DNA of 64,000 nucleotides from Rickettsia typhi (GTDB lineage Bacteria; Pseudomonadota; Alphaproteobacteria; Rickettsiales; UBA1997): NCBI GenBank assembly GCA_945862455.1, contig CAMAXU010000001.1, positions 15,124 to 79,123 of the forward strand, read 5' to 3'. Shown piece by piece: positions 26,997 to 41,187 of this stretch (position 1 is its first letter; each line of letters starts with the position of its first letter). The notes under the pieces were generated by a model. It saw only the letters and a program-made list of their open reading frames with translations, ran no database searches and was not told where the DNA came from. The position numbers and the translations under genes were made by a program.

Positions 26997-28932
26997 TCCC
27001 AAACAACATAAATTATGCAAAAAGTTTGCAGCTTTTTTAAGTCCTTTTCTTGGGCTAAAATTTTTATTATTTTTGCCACCTTATCATTTTTTTTGAGGGC
27101 GTTTTTTTTCTTTTTACAAAGATCAGACATCGATTTTACATCAGTAATAATTGTTAAATCTCTTGGCTTGGGATTATTTTTTGATCTTCTGGCTTTGTCT
27201 TACATCGCCTTGATTCCACTGGCTTATTACACTTTTATTTCAAATAAGTTTTTTAACTCTGCAAAACATCAAATTACCAATCGAATTTTTTATTTTCTGT
27301 TTTTATTCGTAATCATTTTTTCCTGTTTTTCGGAAGTTGTTTTTTGGGATGAATTTCAAACTCGTTTCAATTTTATCGCCGTTGATTATCTGATTTACAC
27401 AACTGAAGTAATTGCCAATATCATAGAATCTTATCCAATTATTTTGTTGGTTAGTGTGGTTATAGCAATTGCGGCGGCGATTTTCTTTTGTACATACAAA
27501 AAAATCATCATTCAAAAGCGAGAAAATTTCTTCTGTCGTGTTAAAAATTTTATTATTTTTTGCACAGCTTTAGTCGCCGCATTTTTTGCAGTTGATAGTT
27601 CAAAATTAAGCAGAATTTCGCCAAATAATTATGTTAATGAAATTTCCTCAAATGGCATTTACCAACTATTTTCAGCCTATCGTAATAATCAGATCGATTA
27701 TGATCAGCTTTACGCCAGTGAAGATTTAGGAAGTGCAATTAACAATTTGCGCAAACTAATTCTGGCTCAAGAGCCGCAATCAAAATTCTTAAATGATGAA
27801 GATATTTCCCGTCAAATTGCGCAGCCAAAAAAAGGTGATGAAAAAAAATATAACGTGATTTTTGTTGCGATCGAAAGTTTAAGCGCAGAATTTTTAGCGC
27901 ATTTTGGAAGTACAGAAAACATTACTCCAAATCTTGATAAATTTGCTGATGAAGGTTTGTTATTTACCAAATTAAAATCAACCGGAACGCGCACAGTTCG
28001 TGGTCTTGAAGCTCTTACTCTCGGAGTTCCGCCAACACCCGGAAATTCAATTGTTAGAAGGCCAAAAAATGAAAATCTTTTTAATCTTGCAAGTCCGCTG
28101 AAAGATCGCGGTTACGAAGCAAAATTCCTTTATGGCGGTGACGGTTATTTTGATAATATGAATTATTTTTACGAAAATAATGGTTTTGAAATTGTTGACC
28201 GTTCGCAATTTTCTAAAGACGAAATAACTTTTGCCAATGCTTGGGGCGTTGCTGATGATGATTTATTTAGAAAAACTATCAAAGAAGCCGATAAATCGCA
28301 CGCGGCAGGAAAGCCATTCTTAAACTTTGTAATGACCACAACCAATCATCGCCCTTTTACTTATCCAAATGGCAAGATTGATATTGATTCAAAAACCGGA
28401 CGCAGCGGCGCTGTAAAATATACCGATTATGCAATTGGAAAATTAATTGAAGAAGCGCGCCAAAAACCATGGTTTGATAATACGATTTTTGTTTTTGTTG
28501 CCGATCATTGCGCTGGCTCTGCCGGCAATACTGAAGTGCCTTTATGGCGATATCAAATTCCAGCAATTTTTTATGCGCCAAAAATTATCAAGCCGCAAGT
28601 TTTTGCTAAAAATGTTAGCCAAATTGACATTGCTCCAACCTTGCTGGGCATGATGAATTTAAGTTACAAATCGAAGTTTTTTGGAAGTGATGTTTTAAAT
28701 AATTCTAAAACAATTGATCAACATTCTTTTGTTAGCACTTACTCCGATGTTGGCTATTTTCAAGGTGACAAGCTTTATTTGTTGAAACCAAAAAAAGAGA
28801 AAAAAGTTTTTGACGTGACGATTGAAAAATATGGCTGGAATGGCTCAAAAGAAGTTGCGACTACAGATTTTGATGTTCAAAAAATGAGTGATGCAATTAG
28901 TTATTATCAAGTTGCAAGCTATTTATTTAAAA

Positions 28933-31528
<2,596 letters not shown>

Positions 31529-31548
31529 AACTCTTAACATGGCTGAAT

Positions 31549-33039
31549 ATGAACGAAAAAAAACTGATTAAGGTTGATAAAGAATTTTGCGATTTGAGCT
31601 TCAGACTGTCTGAAGAAGTAGAAACAAAGTTTTTAGACATTCAGAATAAAATGGTTTTGGGTGAACTTTTTGAAGATGACAATACAAATGGGGGTGCCGA
31701 ATGGAATAAATTTACTCAAGAATTATTCCAAAGACTAAAATTGGAACACCCATCTCATTTTACAACAAAAGAAGATTTATCAAAAATAATTGTAACGATA
31801 GGAAACGCAGGCAAAGCAAATGCCAAAGAACTTAATTGCGGAGGGATACATTTAGCGCAATGGAACTTCTTCTTTACCATGTGCTTTATGGGAGACTTTG
31901 CTTCAACCAGTTTTCAAAGAGCAGTTTTTCATTCCGATGTCGTATTTAAAGGTTCTAGATTTCACGATCATTCATGCTTTCATCAAACAACCTTCTCAAA
32001 AACAGCAAATTTTGAATTTGTCGATTTTCATCAAACCGCAGATTTTGGCCAATCTCATTTTAAAGATTTTGCAAGATTTGACATATCAAAATTCTTTGCC
32101 GGATTTGATTTCTCTGGATCTAATTGCGACAAAAGACTTGATTTAAGAGATATTATTTTCCCAAAGGGCAGCAATATTAAGTGCAATTTTAGAGAAGCTA
32201 ATTTTTACGGTGATTTAGTTCTTACTCAAAATTTTGACTGCAACTCAAAAGATTATTCAGAAGTTTCTGATTTTGATATTTCTGGTGCCTATTTTTACTC
32301 AACTTTTGAACTCTCGGTGGCATTTCGCTCCTGCCCAAACTTCAGCGAATCTCGTTTACTTGGAGAAAAATTTATAAAGGAAACTTGGTTAGAAAGAAAA
32401 GAAAAAATTTCTGATTCACAAATCAAAAAATATGATGTCGAAAAATTTCGTTTCTTCAAAAATTATTTCGAAAAAAACGGCAACCACTTCAAAGAGCGGG
32501 AATATTTTGCTTACGAGATGAAGGCTGTGGAGGAAAGGAAAAAGGAAGCTAGAGAAAAGGATCTGTGGTTGTTTGAAATTTACAGAATTTTCAGCGACTA
32601 CGGCATAAGCATTTTAAAACCGTTTTTGTGGATTCTTTTTCTTGGAGTACTGTTCTCAGGATTTTTCTTGTGGAAATATCCCAAAGAATTCACCAAAAAA
32701 CCTGATGAAAAATCTTTGGCATTTAGCAGCGTAAACACGTCTTATTTTATTGAGCAAAAAAGCGGCGCAAGGCAGCAAGAAATAAATATTTTAGCCGAGT
32801 CGCAAAATCTCTTAAGCGCCGCAGAGAAAGAAAAATCCGATCAAACTTCCGAAGTTTCTTTTGGGCAAATTGCTGCCAAAAATTTTCTTCTTACCATTAA
32901 CCCACTTGGCAGTTTTAAGGCGGTGGAAAATAGCTCAAAGCCGGGGTTTATTTTTCTGGTTGGATTTCAGGCAATCATCAACACCGCGCTTTTATTTTTG
33001 CTGGCTCTTGGCATTCGCAATCGCTTTAAGTTGAAGTAA
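31549..33039 (+). CDS. Pentapeptide-repeat protein with a C-terminal transmembrane region
   Basis: About 170 aa of A(D/N)LxF-type repeats (FQRAVFHSDVVFKGSRFHDHSCFHQTTFSKTANFEFVDFHQTADFGQSHFKDFARFDISKFFAGFDFSG), then LFEIYRIFSDYGISILKPFLWILFLGVLFSGFFLW plus a final TM helix. The frame is open from the GTG at 31525, which overlaps the thiC stop. Confidence 0.8.
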   Translation: MNEKKLIKVDKEFCDLSFRLSEEVETKFLDIQNKMVLGELFEDDNTNGGAEWNKFTQELFQRLKLEHPSHFTTKEDLSKIIVTIGNAGKANAKELNCGGIHLAQWNFFFTMCFMGDFASTSFQRAVFHSDVVFKGSRFHDHSCFHQTTFSKTANFEFVDFHQTADFGQSHFKDFARFDISKFFAGFDFSGSNCDKRLDLRDIIFPKGSNIKCNFREANFYGDLVLTQNFDCNSKDYSEVSDFDISGAYFYSTFELSVAFRSCPNFSESRLLGEKFIKETWLERKEKISDSQIKKYDVEKFRFFKNYFEKNGNHFKEREYFAYEMKAVEERKKEAREKDLWLFEIYRIFSDYGISILKPFLWILFLGVLFSGFFLWKYPKEFTKKPDEKSLAFSSVNTSYFIEQKSGARQQEINILAESQNLLSAAEKEKSDQTSEVSFGQIAAKNFLLTINPLGSFKAVENSSKPGFIFLVGFQAIINTALLFLLALGIRNRFKLK

Positions 33040-33054
33040 GTTAATTCTCCAAGC

Positions 33055-33606
33055 TGGACGGATTTTACAGCTCCGTCCACATTTAAATATTTCGAACTCT
33101 CGATGTCATGCTGAGCTTGTCGAAGCATGATTAGAAGATGTTCTTGAATCATGCTTCGACAAGCTCAGCATGACAATCGATTTTTACTTGAACAAGTCCC
33201 CGCTGAAGAACCTCGATGCAGGTCGGGGTTTGTAACCCCGACCTTACTTTCATTAAAAATTTAGTTAAAAATGAACATGTGGACGGAGTTACAAACTCCG
33301 TCCAGCGGTAGGGAATTGCAAATCCCATCCTGCGAGGTAGCATAAAACATACCCCAAAGCAGGGTAAAGTCGGCATGGACCCCGTCGTGAAGACGGGGTG
33401 ACAAGTTGGGAGTATGTACAAAAACATATTCGATGTCACCCCGTCTTCACGACGGGGTCCATAAGATCTATAATAAAAGCTCATAAATCGAACTGAACGT
33501 AAGAACGGGTTCGATGTCATGACATCGAGTTCGGTTTTTTGAATCAGTTTGCTGTAGAATTAAAATATTGAAAGATCGGATAGATCCAAAAACAAGTTCA
33601 GGATCT
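33055..33606. repeat. 550-bp pile-up of at least 8 different hairpin/palindromic repeat modules
   Basis: Modules are tggacgg..ccgtcca (33055-33079 and 33280-33304), a 26-bp perfect IR tcatgctgagcttgtcgaagcatgat (33106-33131 / 33148-33173), and aggtcggggtt..aaccccgacct (33220-33244). Also gggaattgcaaatccc (33311-33326), an 88-bp palindrome with 29-nt arms (33375-33462), cgatgtcatgacatcg (33512-33527), and agatcc..ggatct (33582-33606). Confidence 0.9.
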
Positions 33607-33636
33607 AGCTGTTTTTAATTAGAGTTAAGATGTGAT

Positions 33637-34572
33637 TTATTTACAGATTTTTTCCAACAAATTTGCTGCTTCATCTTTAGTTTTTTGCGCAGCGGCAATG
33701 CCTAATTTTATGCCATCTTCCAAACTAATATTTCCTTCTGATCTAGTTTCAAAAATATCGCTGCCATCAAAATCAAAAATCATGGTTTTTAATTTTAATT
33801 TTTCATTTTCAATATAAGCGTGAACTCCAACCGGTGTTGCGCAGGAGGCGCCGAGTTCGCGTAAAAAAGCGCGTTCGGTTTTAACGGCGATTTGGCTTGG
33901 TTCGTGATTGATGTGAGATAATAATTTTGCAATTTCTAAGTCACCTTTTCTGATTTGGATGGCAAGCGCACCTTGACCACCCGACGGCAACATAACATCT
34001 TTTTCAATAATTTCTTTGATTACATGTTCTTTGGCGATGCGTTCTAATCCGCAAACGGCAAGGATTGAAGCGTCAACTTCGGCGCCGTTAATTTTATTTA
34101 AGCGCGTGTCAACATTGCCGCGAAAATTTATAATTTTTAAATCAGGGCGTAAAAATAATAAAATGGCTTTACGGCGCGATGACGAAGTGCCAACAATCGC
34201 GCCTTTTGGTAATTCTTTGATGGAATTATATTTGCTGGAAATAAAACAATCTCTGGCATCAAGCCTTTCGGTGAAAGCGATAAGCTCAGTTGCTTCATGC
34301 AAAAAAGGCGGAACATCTTTGGCGGAGTGAATTGCAATATCAATTTTATTTTGAATTAAAGCCTCTTCGATCTCTTTAATAAAAAGACCTTTGCCACCAA
34401 TATCGGCAAGGTTGCGATCTTGAATTTTGTCACCAGAAGTTGTGATTGGAACTATTTCAATTTGAATATTGCCGAGATGTTCGGCCAAAAATAAATGCAC
34501 TTCCGCAACCTGCGCCAATGCTAGCTTGCTAGCTCTGGTACCGATTCTGATTTTATTGGGAATGTGCGACAT
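33637..34572 (-). CDS. hemC: Porphobilinogen deaminase (hydroxymethylbilane synthase)
   Basis: IRIGTRASKLALAQ, GTSSSRRKA, GNVDTRL and the cofactor-Cys region ELGASCATPVG. The ATG at 34572 is preferred because the longer ORF (to 34608) would include the rpmJ terminator hairpin. Confidence 0.95.
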   Translation of the reverse strand: MSHIPNKIRIGTRASKLALAQVAEVHLFLAEHLGNIQIEIVPITTSGDKIQDRNLADIGGKGLFIKEIEEALIQNKIDIAIHSAKDVPPFLHEATELIAFTERLDARDCFISSKYNSIKELPKGAIVGTSSSRRKAILLFLRPDLKIINFRGNVDTRLNKINGAEVDASILAVCGLERIAKEHVIKEIIEKDVMLPSGGQGALAIQIRKGDLEIAKLLSHINHEPSQIAVKTERAFLRELGASCATPVGVHAYIENEKLKLKTMIFDFDGSDIFETRSEGNISLEDGIKLGIAAAQKTKDEAANLLEKICK

Positions 34573-34596
34573 CTGTAAAAAACTAAACAAAAAAGA

Positions 34597-34627
34597 GTAG
34601 GGGCGCATTTTTAATATGCGCCCCTAC
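34597..34627 (-). terminator. Rho-independent terminator downstream of rpmJ
   Basis: gtaggggcgcat-ttttaat-atgcgcccctac: a perfect 12-bp GC-rich stem followed on the minus strand by tcttttttgtttagtttttt. Confidence 0.75.
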
Positions 34628-34653
34628 TAAATCACCAAATAATTGGACTTAAA

Positions 34654-34779
34654 TTATCCCTGACGAGCTTTGAAGCGCGGGTTAACTTTATTGATTACGT
34701 AAAGACGACCTTTTCTGCGAACTACCTTGCAGTTTTTATCTCTTTTTTTGGCAGCTTTAATTGAATTGTAAATTTTCAT
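34654..34779 (-). CDS. rpmJ: 50S ribosomal protein L36 (41-aa type)
   Basis: My own translation: [41 protein letters not shown]. It is below the ORF-track size cut-off and matches the alphaproteobacterial bL36 pattern (...[23 protein letters not shown]). Confidence 0.9.
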   Translation of the reverse strand: MKIYNSIKAAKKRDKNCKVVRRKGRLYVINKVNPRFKARQG

Positions 34780-34890
34780 CTTATCCTCGAATTTAGTATG
34801 AATTTTTTAAATATTTGAAAGGTCAAGCACCTGATCTGAAACTTAAAGAAGGCGGCGCAAATTAGTAAAGCAAAACAGAAAGTCAACGAC

Positions 34891-36072
34891 TTATCTATCT
34901 ACTTCACCAAATACAATATCTTGCGTTGAAATCACGGTCACAACGTCTGCAAGCATATGTCCTTTGACCATAAATTCCAAGCCTTGCAAATGAGCAAAAC
35001 CCGGAGCGCGAACGCGGCAACGATGTGGCTTGCTGCTGCCGTCAGAAATTATGTAAACGCCAAATTCGCCTTTTGGCGCTTCAACGGCGGCGTAAGCTTC
35101 TCCAGCTGGAACGCGATAACCTTCAGTGAAAAGTTTGAAATGATTAATCAAAGCTTCCATTGAATGTTTCATTTCTGATCTTTTTGGTGGAGCAATTCTG
35201 GTGTCGTCAGTTACAACTGCGCCGCTTGGCATGCGAGAGATGCATTGTTTTATCAAGCGCACAGATTGACGCATTTCTTCAACGCGGATTAAATAACGAT
35301 CGTAAGAATCACCATTTTTGCCGATTGGAACATCAAAATCTAAATCGCCATAAATTTCATAAGGTTGCGATTTGCGTAAATCCCAAGCAATTCCTGAGCC
35401 GCGAATCATGGGACCAGAAAATCCCCAATCTAAAGCTTGCTGTTTTGAGACGATACCAACTTCAACCATACGTTGTTTAAAGATGCGGTTTTCAGTTAAA
35501 AGCGATTCTAAATCATCAATATATTTTGAGAAATTTTCAGCAAAATCAGCGATTTCTTCAAGTAAGCCGTCGGGTAAATCTTGGTGAACTCCACCTGGGC
35601 GGATGTAGGCGGCGTGCATGCGCGATCCCGAAACTTTTTCATAAAATCCCATCATTTTTTCACGCTCTTCAAACATCCATAAAAGTGGAGTCATCGCGCC
35701 CACGTCTAAAGCCTGAGTGGTCACAGCCATGATGTGGTTTAAAATGCGAGTAATTTCTGAAAATAAAACACGAATATATTGGGCGCGAAGTGGAATTTTA
35801 CAGCCTAAAAGTTTTTCAACTGAAAGCGCGTAAGCATGTTCTTGGCACATTGGCGATACATAATCTAAGCGATCAAAATATGGCACAGCTTGCAGGTAAT
35901 TTTTATGTTCAATTAATTTTTCAGTTCCGCGATGAAGTAAGCCAATATGAGGATCAGCGCGGGTTACAACTTCGCCATCCATTTCCAAAACCAAACGCAA
36001 AACACCGTGTGCAGCTGGGTGTTGCGGGCCAAAATTGATGGTCATGTTTTTATGTTCAGACTGAGTGGTCAT
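34891..36072 (-). CDS. nuoD: NADH-quinone oxidoreductase subunit D
   Basis: [25 protein letters not shown], and the C-terminus DIVFGEVDR. Full length. Confidence 0.97.
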   Translation of the reverse strand: MTTQSEHKNMTINFGPQHPAAHGVLRLVLEMDGEVVTRADPHIGLLHRGTEKLIEHKNYLQAVPYFDRLDYVSPMCQEHAYALSVEKLLGCKIPLRAQYIRVLFSEITRILNHIMAVTTQALDVGAMTPLLWMFEEREKMMGFYEKVSGSRMHAAYIRPGGVHQDLPDGLLEEIADFAENFSKYIDDLESLLTENRIFKQRMVEVGIVSKQQALDWGFSGPMIRGSGIAWDLRKSQPYEIYGDLDFDVPIGKNGDSYDRYLIRVEEMRQSVRLIKQCISRMPSGAVVTDDTRIAPPKRSEMKHSMEALINHFKLFTEGYRVPAGEAYAAVEAPKGEFGVYIISDGSSKPHRCRVRAPGFAHLQGLEFMVKGHMLADVVTVISTQDIVFGEVDR

Positions 36073-36139
36073 GTTTAGATTTTATTTTTCTTTGGGGGAA
36101 TTGAGCGATTTTTTTAGAGGTTGTTGTGCAAAAAACAAA

Positions 36140-37066
36140 TTAAAATTTTTGTATTAAATTTCCTGTAATAGAAATTTCTGATTTTATCCCCAAAACTAAA
36201 GGTAGCATATTTTTCGAATGACCCAAGCATTTCGATTTTTCTACAAAAAGTGGAATCGATAATTTCTCCGCAAATTTTTTAATCGCAGTTTCAATATTTT
36301 TTCTTTTCGGGGTTCCGTGCGGATTAGCTTCTAAAAAATTCCCCAACAAAATTGCTTGCGGATATTTTTTTTGCTCATTCATAATTTGTATCAGCTGCGA
36401 AAAATAACGATCAAGCCTTTCGCCATCTTCGCCTTCATCTTCGAGAAATAAAATTTTATCAGCAAAATCAATTTGATTTTTAGTGCCAAATTGACCGGCG
36501 AGAACGCTGATGCAGCCACCTACGACAATTGCATTAATTGATTTTTTTGCCGCAATAATTGTTTTTAAATTATATTTTAACTCAACTTTTTTACCAAAAA
36601 TAAAATCAATAATTGCTTTAATCGATTTTGGAGAAACTTTATTTAATACAATTTGAGCCAGCATTGGCGCAGCTACAACTTGCCAATTCCATTTTTCAAT
36701 CAGCAAATTATTTAATGAGGAAATATCAGAAAATCCGATAAAAATTTTCGATGTTTTTGGTTTTTTTAATTTTTCTAGAAATGGTAAAATTTCGGCGCTA
36801 CCATAGCCGCCGCGAGCGCACCAGATTATTTTTGAATCAGGATTTTCAATTGCTTCTTTTAATTGCTCAAAACGTTTTTCTGCTGTGAAGGAAGGAAATT
36901 CATGAGTCGCGGGTTTTTTTAAACTGATTTCTTTTTCTAAAAAAATATTTGGAACTAGTCCGATTTTTTTAATGAAATTTTTCATTTTTTCATTTTCGGC
37001 AAGAGTACAAGCAGTTCCTGAGGTAACAATATCGACTAGGTCAGATTTTTTTAAATAAATTTTCAT
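36140..37066 (-). CDS. LD-carboxypeptidase (peptidase S66, LdcA/MccF-like)
   Basis: Nucleophile elbow GFSDISSL, conserved LFLEDEGE, and a catalytic-His region GHSKNMLPLVLG. The ATG at 37066 (MKIYLKKSD) is preferred over 37096. Confidence 0.8.
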   Translation of the reverse strand: MKIYLKKSDLVDIVTSGTACTLAENEKMKNFIKKIGLVPNIFLEKEISLKKPATHEFPSFTAEKRFEQLKEAIENPDSKIIWCARGGYGSAEILPFLEKLKKPKTSKIFIGFSDISSLNNLLIEKWNWQVVAAPMLAQIVLNKVSPKSIKAIIDFIFGKKVELKYNLKTIIAAKKSINAIVVGGCISVLAGQFGTKNQIDFADKILFLEDEGEDGERLDRYFSQLIQIMNEQKKYPQAILLGNFLEANPHGTPKRKNIETAIKKFAEKLSIPLFVEKSKCLGHSKNMLPLVLGIKSEISITGNLIQKF

Positions 37067-37082
37067 TGTTTTAAATATGAAT

Positions 37083-37119
37083 AGATCCCGAAACAAATTC
37101 AGAATGACTTAGCGGGATC
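37083..37119. repeat. Degenerate copy of the AGATCCTGAA-family repeat
   Basis: agatcccgaaacaaattcagaatgactta aligns with the consensus agatcctgaaacaagttcaggatgactatg. It also forms the inverted repeat gatcccg/cgggatc. Confidence 0.6.
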
Positions 37120-37198
37120 GTCAATTGAAATTTAAGTTTACAATTAGCCTCATGAATTTGTATTTTGCTTTCATAAAATCCAATTAAAAAATCTCACA

Positions 37199-38710
37199 AT
37201 GACTAAAGAAAAAGTTATAATTTTTGACACAACTTTGCGTGATGGCGAGCAAGCACCCGGTGCAACAATGAATTTGGAAGAAAAATTATTGATCGCAAAA
37301 AATCTCGAAAAAATGGGTGTCGATGTTATTGAAGCTGGTTTTCCTGCTGCTTCAAATGGTGATTTTGAAGCGGTAAATCGCATTGCCAAAACTATTAAAA
37401 ATTCCACGATTTGCGGACTTGCGCGTGCAAAAAAATCTGATATTGAAAGAGCGGCTCAAGCAGTGAAACCAGCTGCGCGTCCGCGAATTCACAGTTTTCT
37501 TGCGACCTCAAAAATCCACATGGAATATAAATTGAAAATGGATGAAGCGCAGGTTTTAAATGCGATTACAGAAAGTGTTTCTTTGGCGCGCAGCTTGTGT
37601 CCTGAAGTTGATTGGTCGCCAGAAGATGCGACGCGTTCAGAACGTGATTTTTTATTTAAGGCAATTGAAACCGCGATTAAAGCTGGAGCCAACACCATCA
37701 ACATTCCAGATACAGTTGGCTATACAACTCCGGAAGAATATTTTGATTTAATTTCTGCCATAAAAAACAATGTTTCCAACATTGATAAAGCGATAATTTC
37801 AGCGCATTGTCATAATGATTTAGGAATGGCGGTTGCAAATTCTTTATCGGCGATGCGTGCGGGTGCAAGACAAATTGAATGCACGATTAACGGCATTGGC
37901 GAGCGAGCAGGAAATGCAGCTTTGGAAGAAATTGTGATGGCAATTAAAACGCGTCCTGATTTTTACAAAGTGGAAACCGGAATTGACAGCACGATGATTA
38001 CGCGAATTTCGAAATTAGTTTCGAGTATTACCGGATTTCATGTACAATATAATAAAGCAATTGTTGGCGCAAATGCCTTTGCTCACGAAAGCGGAATTCA
38101 TCAAGATGGCATTTTAAAAAATCGTGAAACTTATGAAATTATGACCCCAGAATCGGTGGGTTTGGAAAAATCTTCTTTGGTTCTTGGAAAATTGTCGGGG
38201 CGCGCTGCTTTCAAGGATCGTCTGAAAGAAATCGGTTACGATTTAAATGAAGAATTGCTCAATGAATCTTTCAGAAAATTCAAAGAATTAGCTGATAAGA
38301 AAAAAGAAATTCTCGATGAAGATATTGTATCTTTGGTTGACGATTCGATCGTTAATGAAAAATCAAATTATCAACTTTTGAGTCTCGATGTAAAATGCGG
38401 TACTGAGGAACAAGCTTCTGTTAAGGTTAAAATAAAAATTGACAATGAGGAGGTGGAAACTAGTTTCCGCTCCAAAGATGGACCGGTAGATGCGATTTTC
38501 AATGCGATCAGTAAAATTCTTCAACATAATGCTAGTCTTGAACTTTATCAAGTTCAGGCCGTTACGGAAGGAGCTGACGCACAAGCTACTGTAGCCGTTA
38601 GGTTAAAACAAAATAATCGAATTTATAGTGCCAACGGTGCGAACACTGATGTTCTCGTTGCCTCGGCAATTGCCTATATTAACTGCTTAGATAAGCTAAA
38701 AAATAACTAA
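37199..38710 (+). CDS. leuA: 2-isopropylmalate synthase (LeuA family; citramalate synthase not excluded)
   Basis: IFDTTLRDGEQAPG, HCHNDLGMAVANS, GIGERAGNA, and a C-terminal LeuA dimerisation/regulatory domain. Confidence 0.85.
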   Translation: MTKEKVIIFDTTLRDGEQAPGATMNLEEKLLIAKNLEKMGVDVIEAGFPAASNGDFEAVNRIAKTIKNSTICGLARAKKSDIERAAQAVKPAARPRIHSFLATSKIHMEYKLKMDEAQVLNAITESVSLARSLCPEVDWSPEDATRSERDFLFKAIETAIKAGANTINIPDTVGYTTPEEYFDLISAIKNNVSNIDKAIISAHCHNDLGMAVANSLSAMRAGARQIECTINGIGERAGNAALEEIVMAIKTRPDFYKVETGIDSTMITRISKLVSSITGFHVQYNKAIVGANAFAHESGIHQDGILKNRETYEIMTPESVGLEKSSLVLGKLSGRAAFKDRLKEIGYDLNEELLNESFRKFKELADKKKEILDEDIVSLVDDSIVNEKSNYQLLSLDVKCGTEEQASVKVKIKIDNEEVETSFRSKDGPVDAIFNAISKILQHNASLELYQVQAVTEGADAQATVAVRLKQNNRIYSANGANTDVLVASAIAYINCLDKLKNN

Positions 38711-39763
<1,053 letters not shown>

Positions 39764-39826
39764 ACACTGTTACATTGTCTAATTCATAAGCGGTTTCAAA
39801 TTTAAAAACTGCACCAGAATTTATTG

Positions 39827-40666
39827 ATGAAACAACATTTAAATTTCACAAAAACCAGAGCCAATTACAGCTTCAAACACAGTTTCGATTTAGTTTTTAA
39901 AAAAATCGAAACTGTGTTTTTTAGTTTTTTATGCGTGATTTTTTTAATTGCCTCGAAGTTAAACAGTAATTTCTCTAAAGATTTATCCTTCGGATTTATC
40001 AGTGTTTCAATGCCGATTGTTAAAGTTGCTGCCTTCCCCTTCAATACTGCGATCAATCTTTTAACTGATTTCCACGAGCTGGTCGAAGCTAAAAAAGAAA
40101 ATGAAATCCTGAAAGTTGAGATGGCAAAACTTCGTACTTTCTACATCAAGTCGCTAAATATTTATCAGGAAAATAAAGAGTTGCGTAATATCCTCAATTT
40201 TATCACCTCAAAAAGTTCTAATTTTAAAGCCGCCAGAATTATCGGCAGATCTCATCAAATGTTTAAGCAAGAATTATATATCGATGCTGGAAAAAATCAG
40301 GATATCAAAGAAGGCAGCATTGTAACCGGTGATCATGGTGTGATTGGTAGAATTTCAGAAGTTGGTGAAAATAAATCGCGTTTAATTTTGGTAAGCGATC
40401 CAAGTTCACGTATTCCCGTAATTAGTTCTAAAGCCAGAGCCAGAGGAATTCTGGCTGGAAATGGTAGTGGTTTGATGGAAGTTTTATATTTAGCAAAAAG
40501 CAAAGTTGTGGAAGAAGGTGATTGGATTTTTACTTCGGGTGATGGCGATACCTTGCCACCGGGATTATTGATTGGGGTGGTGAAGAAAGTTGATAAGGAT
40601 TATGTTGGAGTTGCAATGGTTGAAGATGTGAGTAACTCAGATATTGTTACGATAATGTCGTATTAA
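39827..40666 (+). CDS. mreC: Rod-shape-determining protein MreC
   Basis: N-terminal TM helix, a coiled coil (ENEILKVEMAKLR), and a beta-domain with GIVTGDHGVIGRISEVGENKSRLILVSDPSSRIPV and LPPGLLIGVV. Immediately downstream of mreB. Confidence 0.85.
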   Translation: MKQHLNFTKTRANYSFKHSFDLVFKKIETVFFSFLCVIFLIASKLNSNFSKDLSFGFISVSMPIVKVAAFPFNTAINLLTDFHELVEAKKENEILKVEMAKLRTFYIKSLNIYQENKELRNILNFITSKSSNFKAARIIGRSHQMFKQELYIDAGKNQDIKEGSIVTGDHGVIGRISEVGENKSRLILVSDPSSRIPVISSKARARGILAGNGSGLMEVLYLAKSKVVEEGDWIFTSGDGDTLPPGLLIGVVKKVDKDYVGVAMVEDVSNSDIVTIMSY

Positions 40667-40789
40667 AAGTAAAAATGCTGGCGCATTTTTAAGAAATCGA
40701 GATTGCGGCGCTTAAGGGCGACCTTGATTACCTATAAATGATTTCGGCATAATTAAAAAATGGGTGGTTTTTTTACTGTCGCCTCTGGA

Positions 40790-41187
40790 TTAACGGCGAC
40801 AGCCAATTTTTAGGATATAAAAATTTCCTCAAATCAGAATTAACAGTTGCCGAAAATCTTAAATTTTATGCCAAACTTTCCGCCACCAAAGCAGCACTTT
40901 CTCCCGCTTTAAGTTTTTTTCAGCTCACAAATTTAGCGGATAAAAAAGTAAAAACCCTTTCTGCTGGCTGGCAAAAACGCGTGATGTTGGCGAAGCTTTT
41001 ATGCTGTCCAGCAACTGTTTGGATTTTAGATGAGCCTTCAAACAATCTTGACAAAGCGGGAAAGGAAATGTTACACGGATTAATCAAAGCCAGAATCAAA
41101 GAAGACGGTTTGGTGATCATGGTAACGCATGAAGAAATGTTTTTTGATTTGGGTCCGTGCTTAAATTTAGAAGATTTTTCTTTTTAA
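40790..41187 (+). pseudogene. Truncated copy of ccmA (3' two-thirds, no Walker A), inverted relative to the full gene at 53072-53683
   Basis: It translates in frame to NGDSQFLGYKNFLKSELTVAENLKFYAKLSATKAALSPALSFFQLTNLADKKVKTLSAGWQKRVMLAKLL...EDFSF* and has 9 aa differences from CcmA aa ~72-203. I estimate nucleotide identity at about 90-93% by eye. Homology ends exactly at the stop codon. Confidence 0.85.

Noticed and set aside
32967-33520. ORFs 32967..33152 (61 aa) and 33149..33520 (123 aa) on the minus strand
   Set aside because: They are assembled entirely from palindromic repeat modules (peptides such as MLRQAQHD and DPVVKTG are the repeat read in frame). They have no start context and no protein-like composition.
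33055-33606. Possible CRISPR array, given the many short repeats in a non-coding stretch
   Set aside because: The repeats are different sequences, each self-complementary, and irregularly spaced. There is no repeat-spacer periodicity and there are no cas genes.
34573-34608. 12-aa N-terminal extension of hemC
   Set aside because: It would include the 12-bp GC-rich terminator hairpin of rpmJ. MSHIPNKIRIGTRAS at 34572 matches the usual HemC start.
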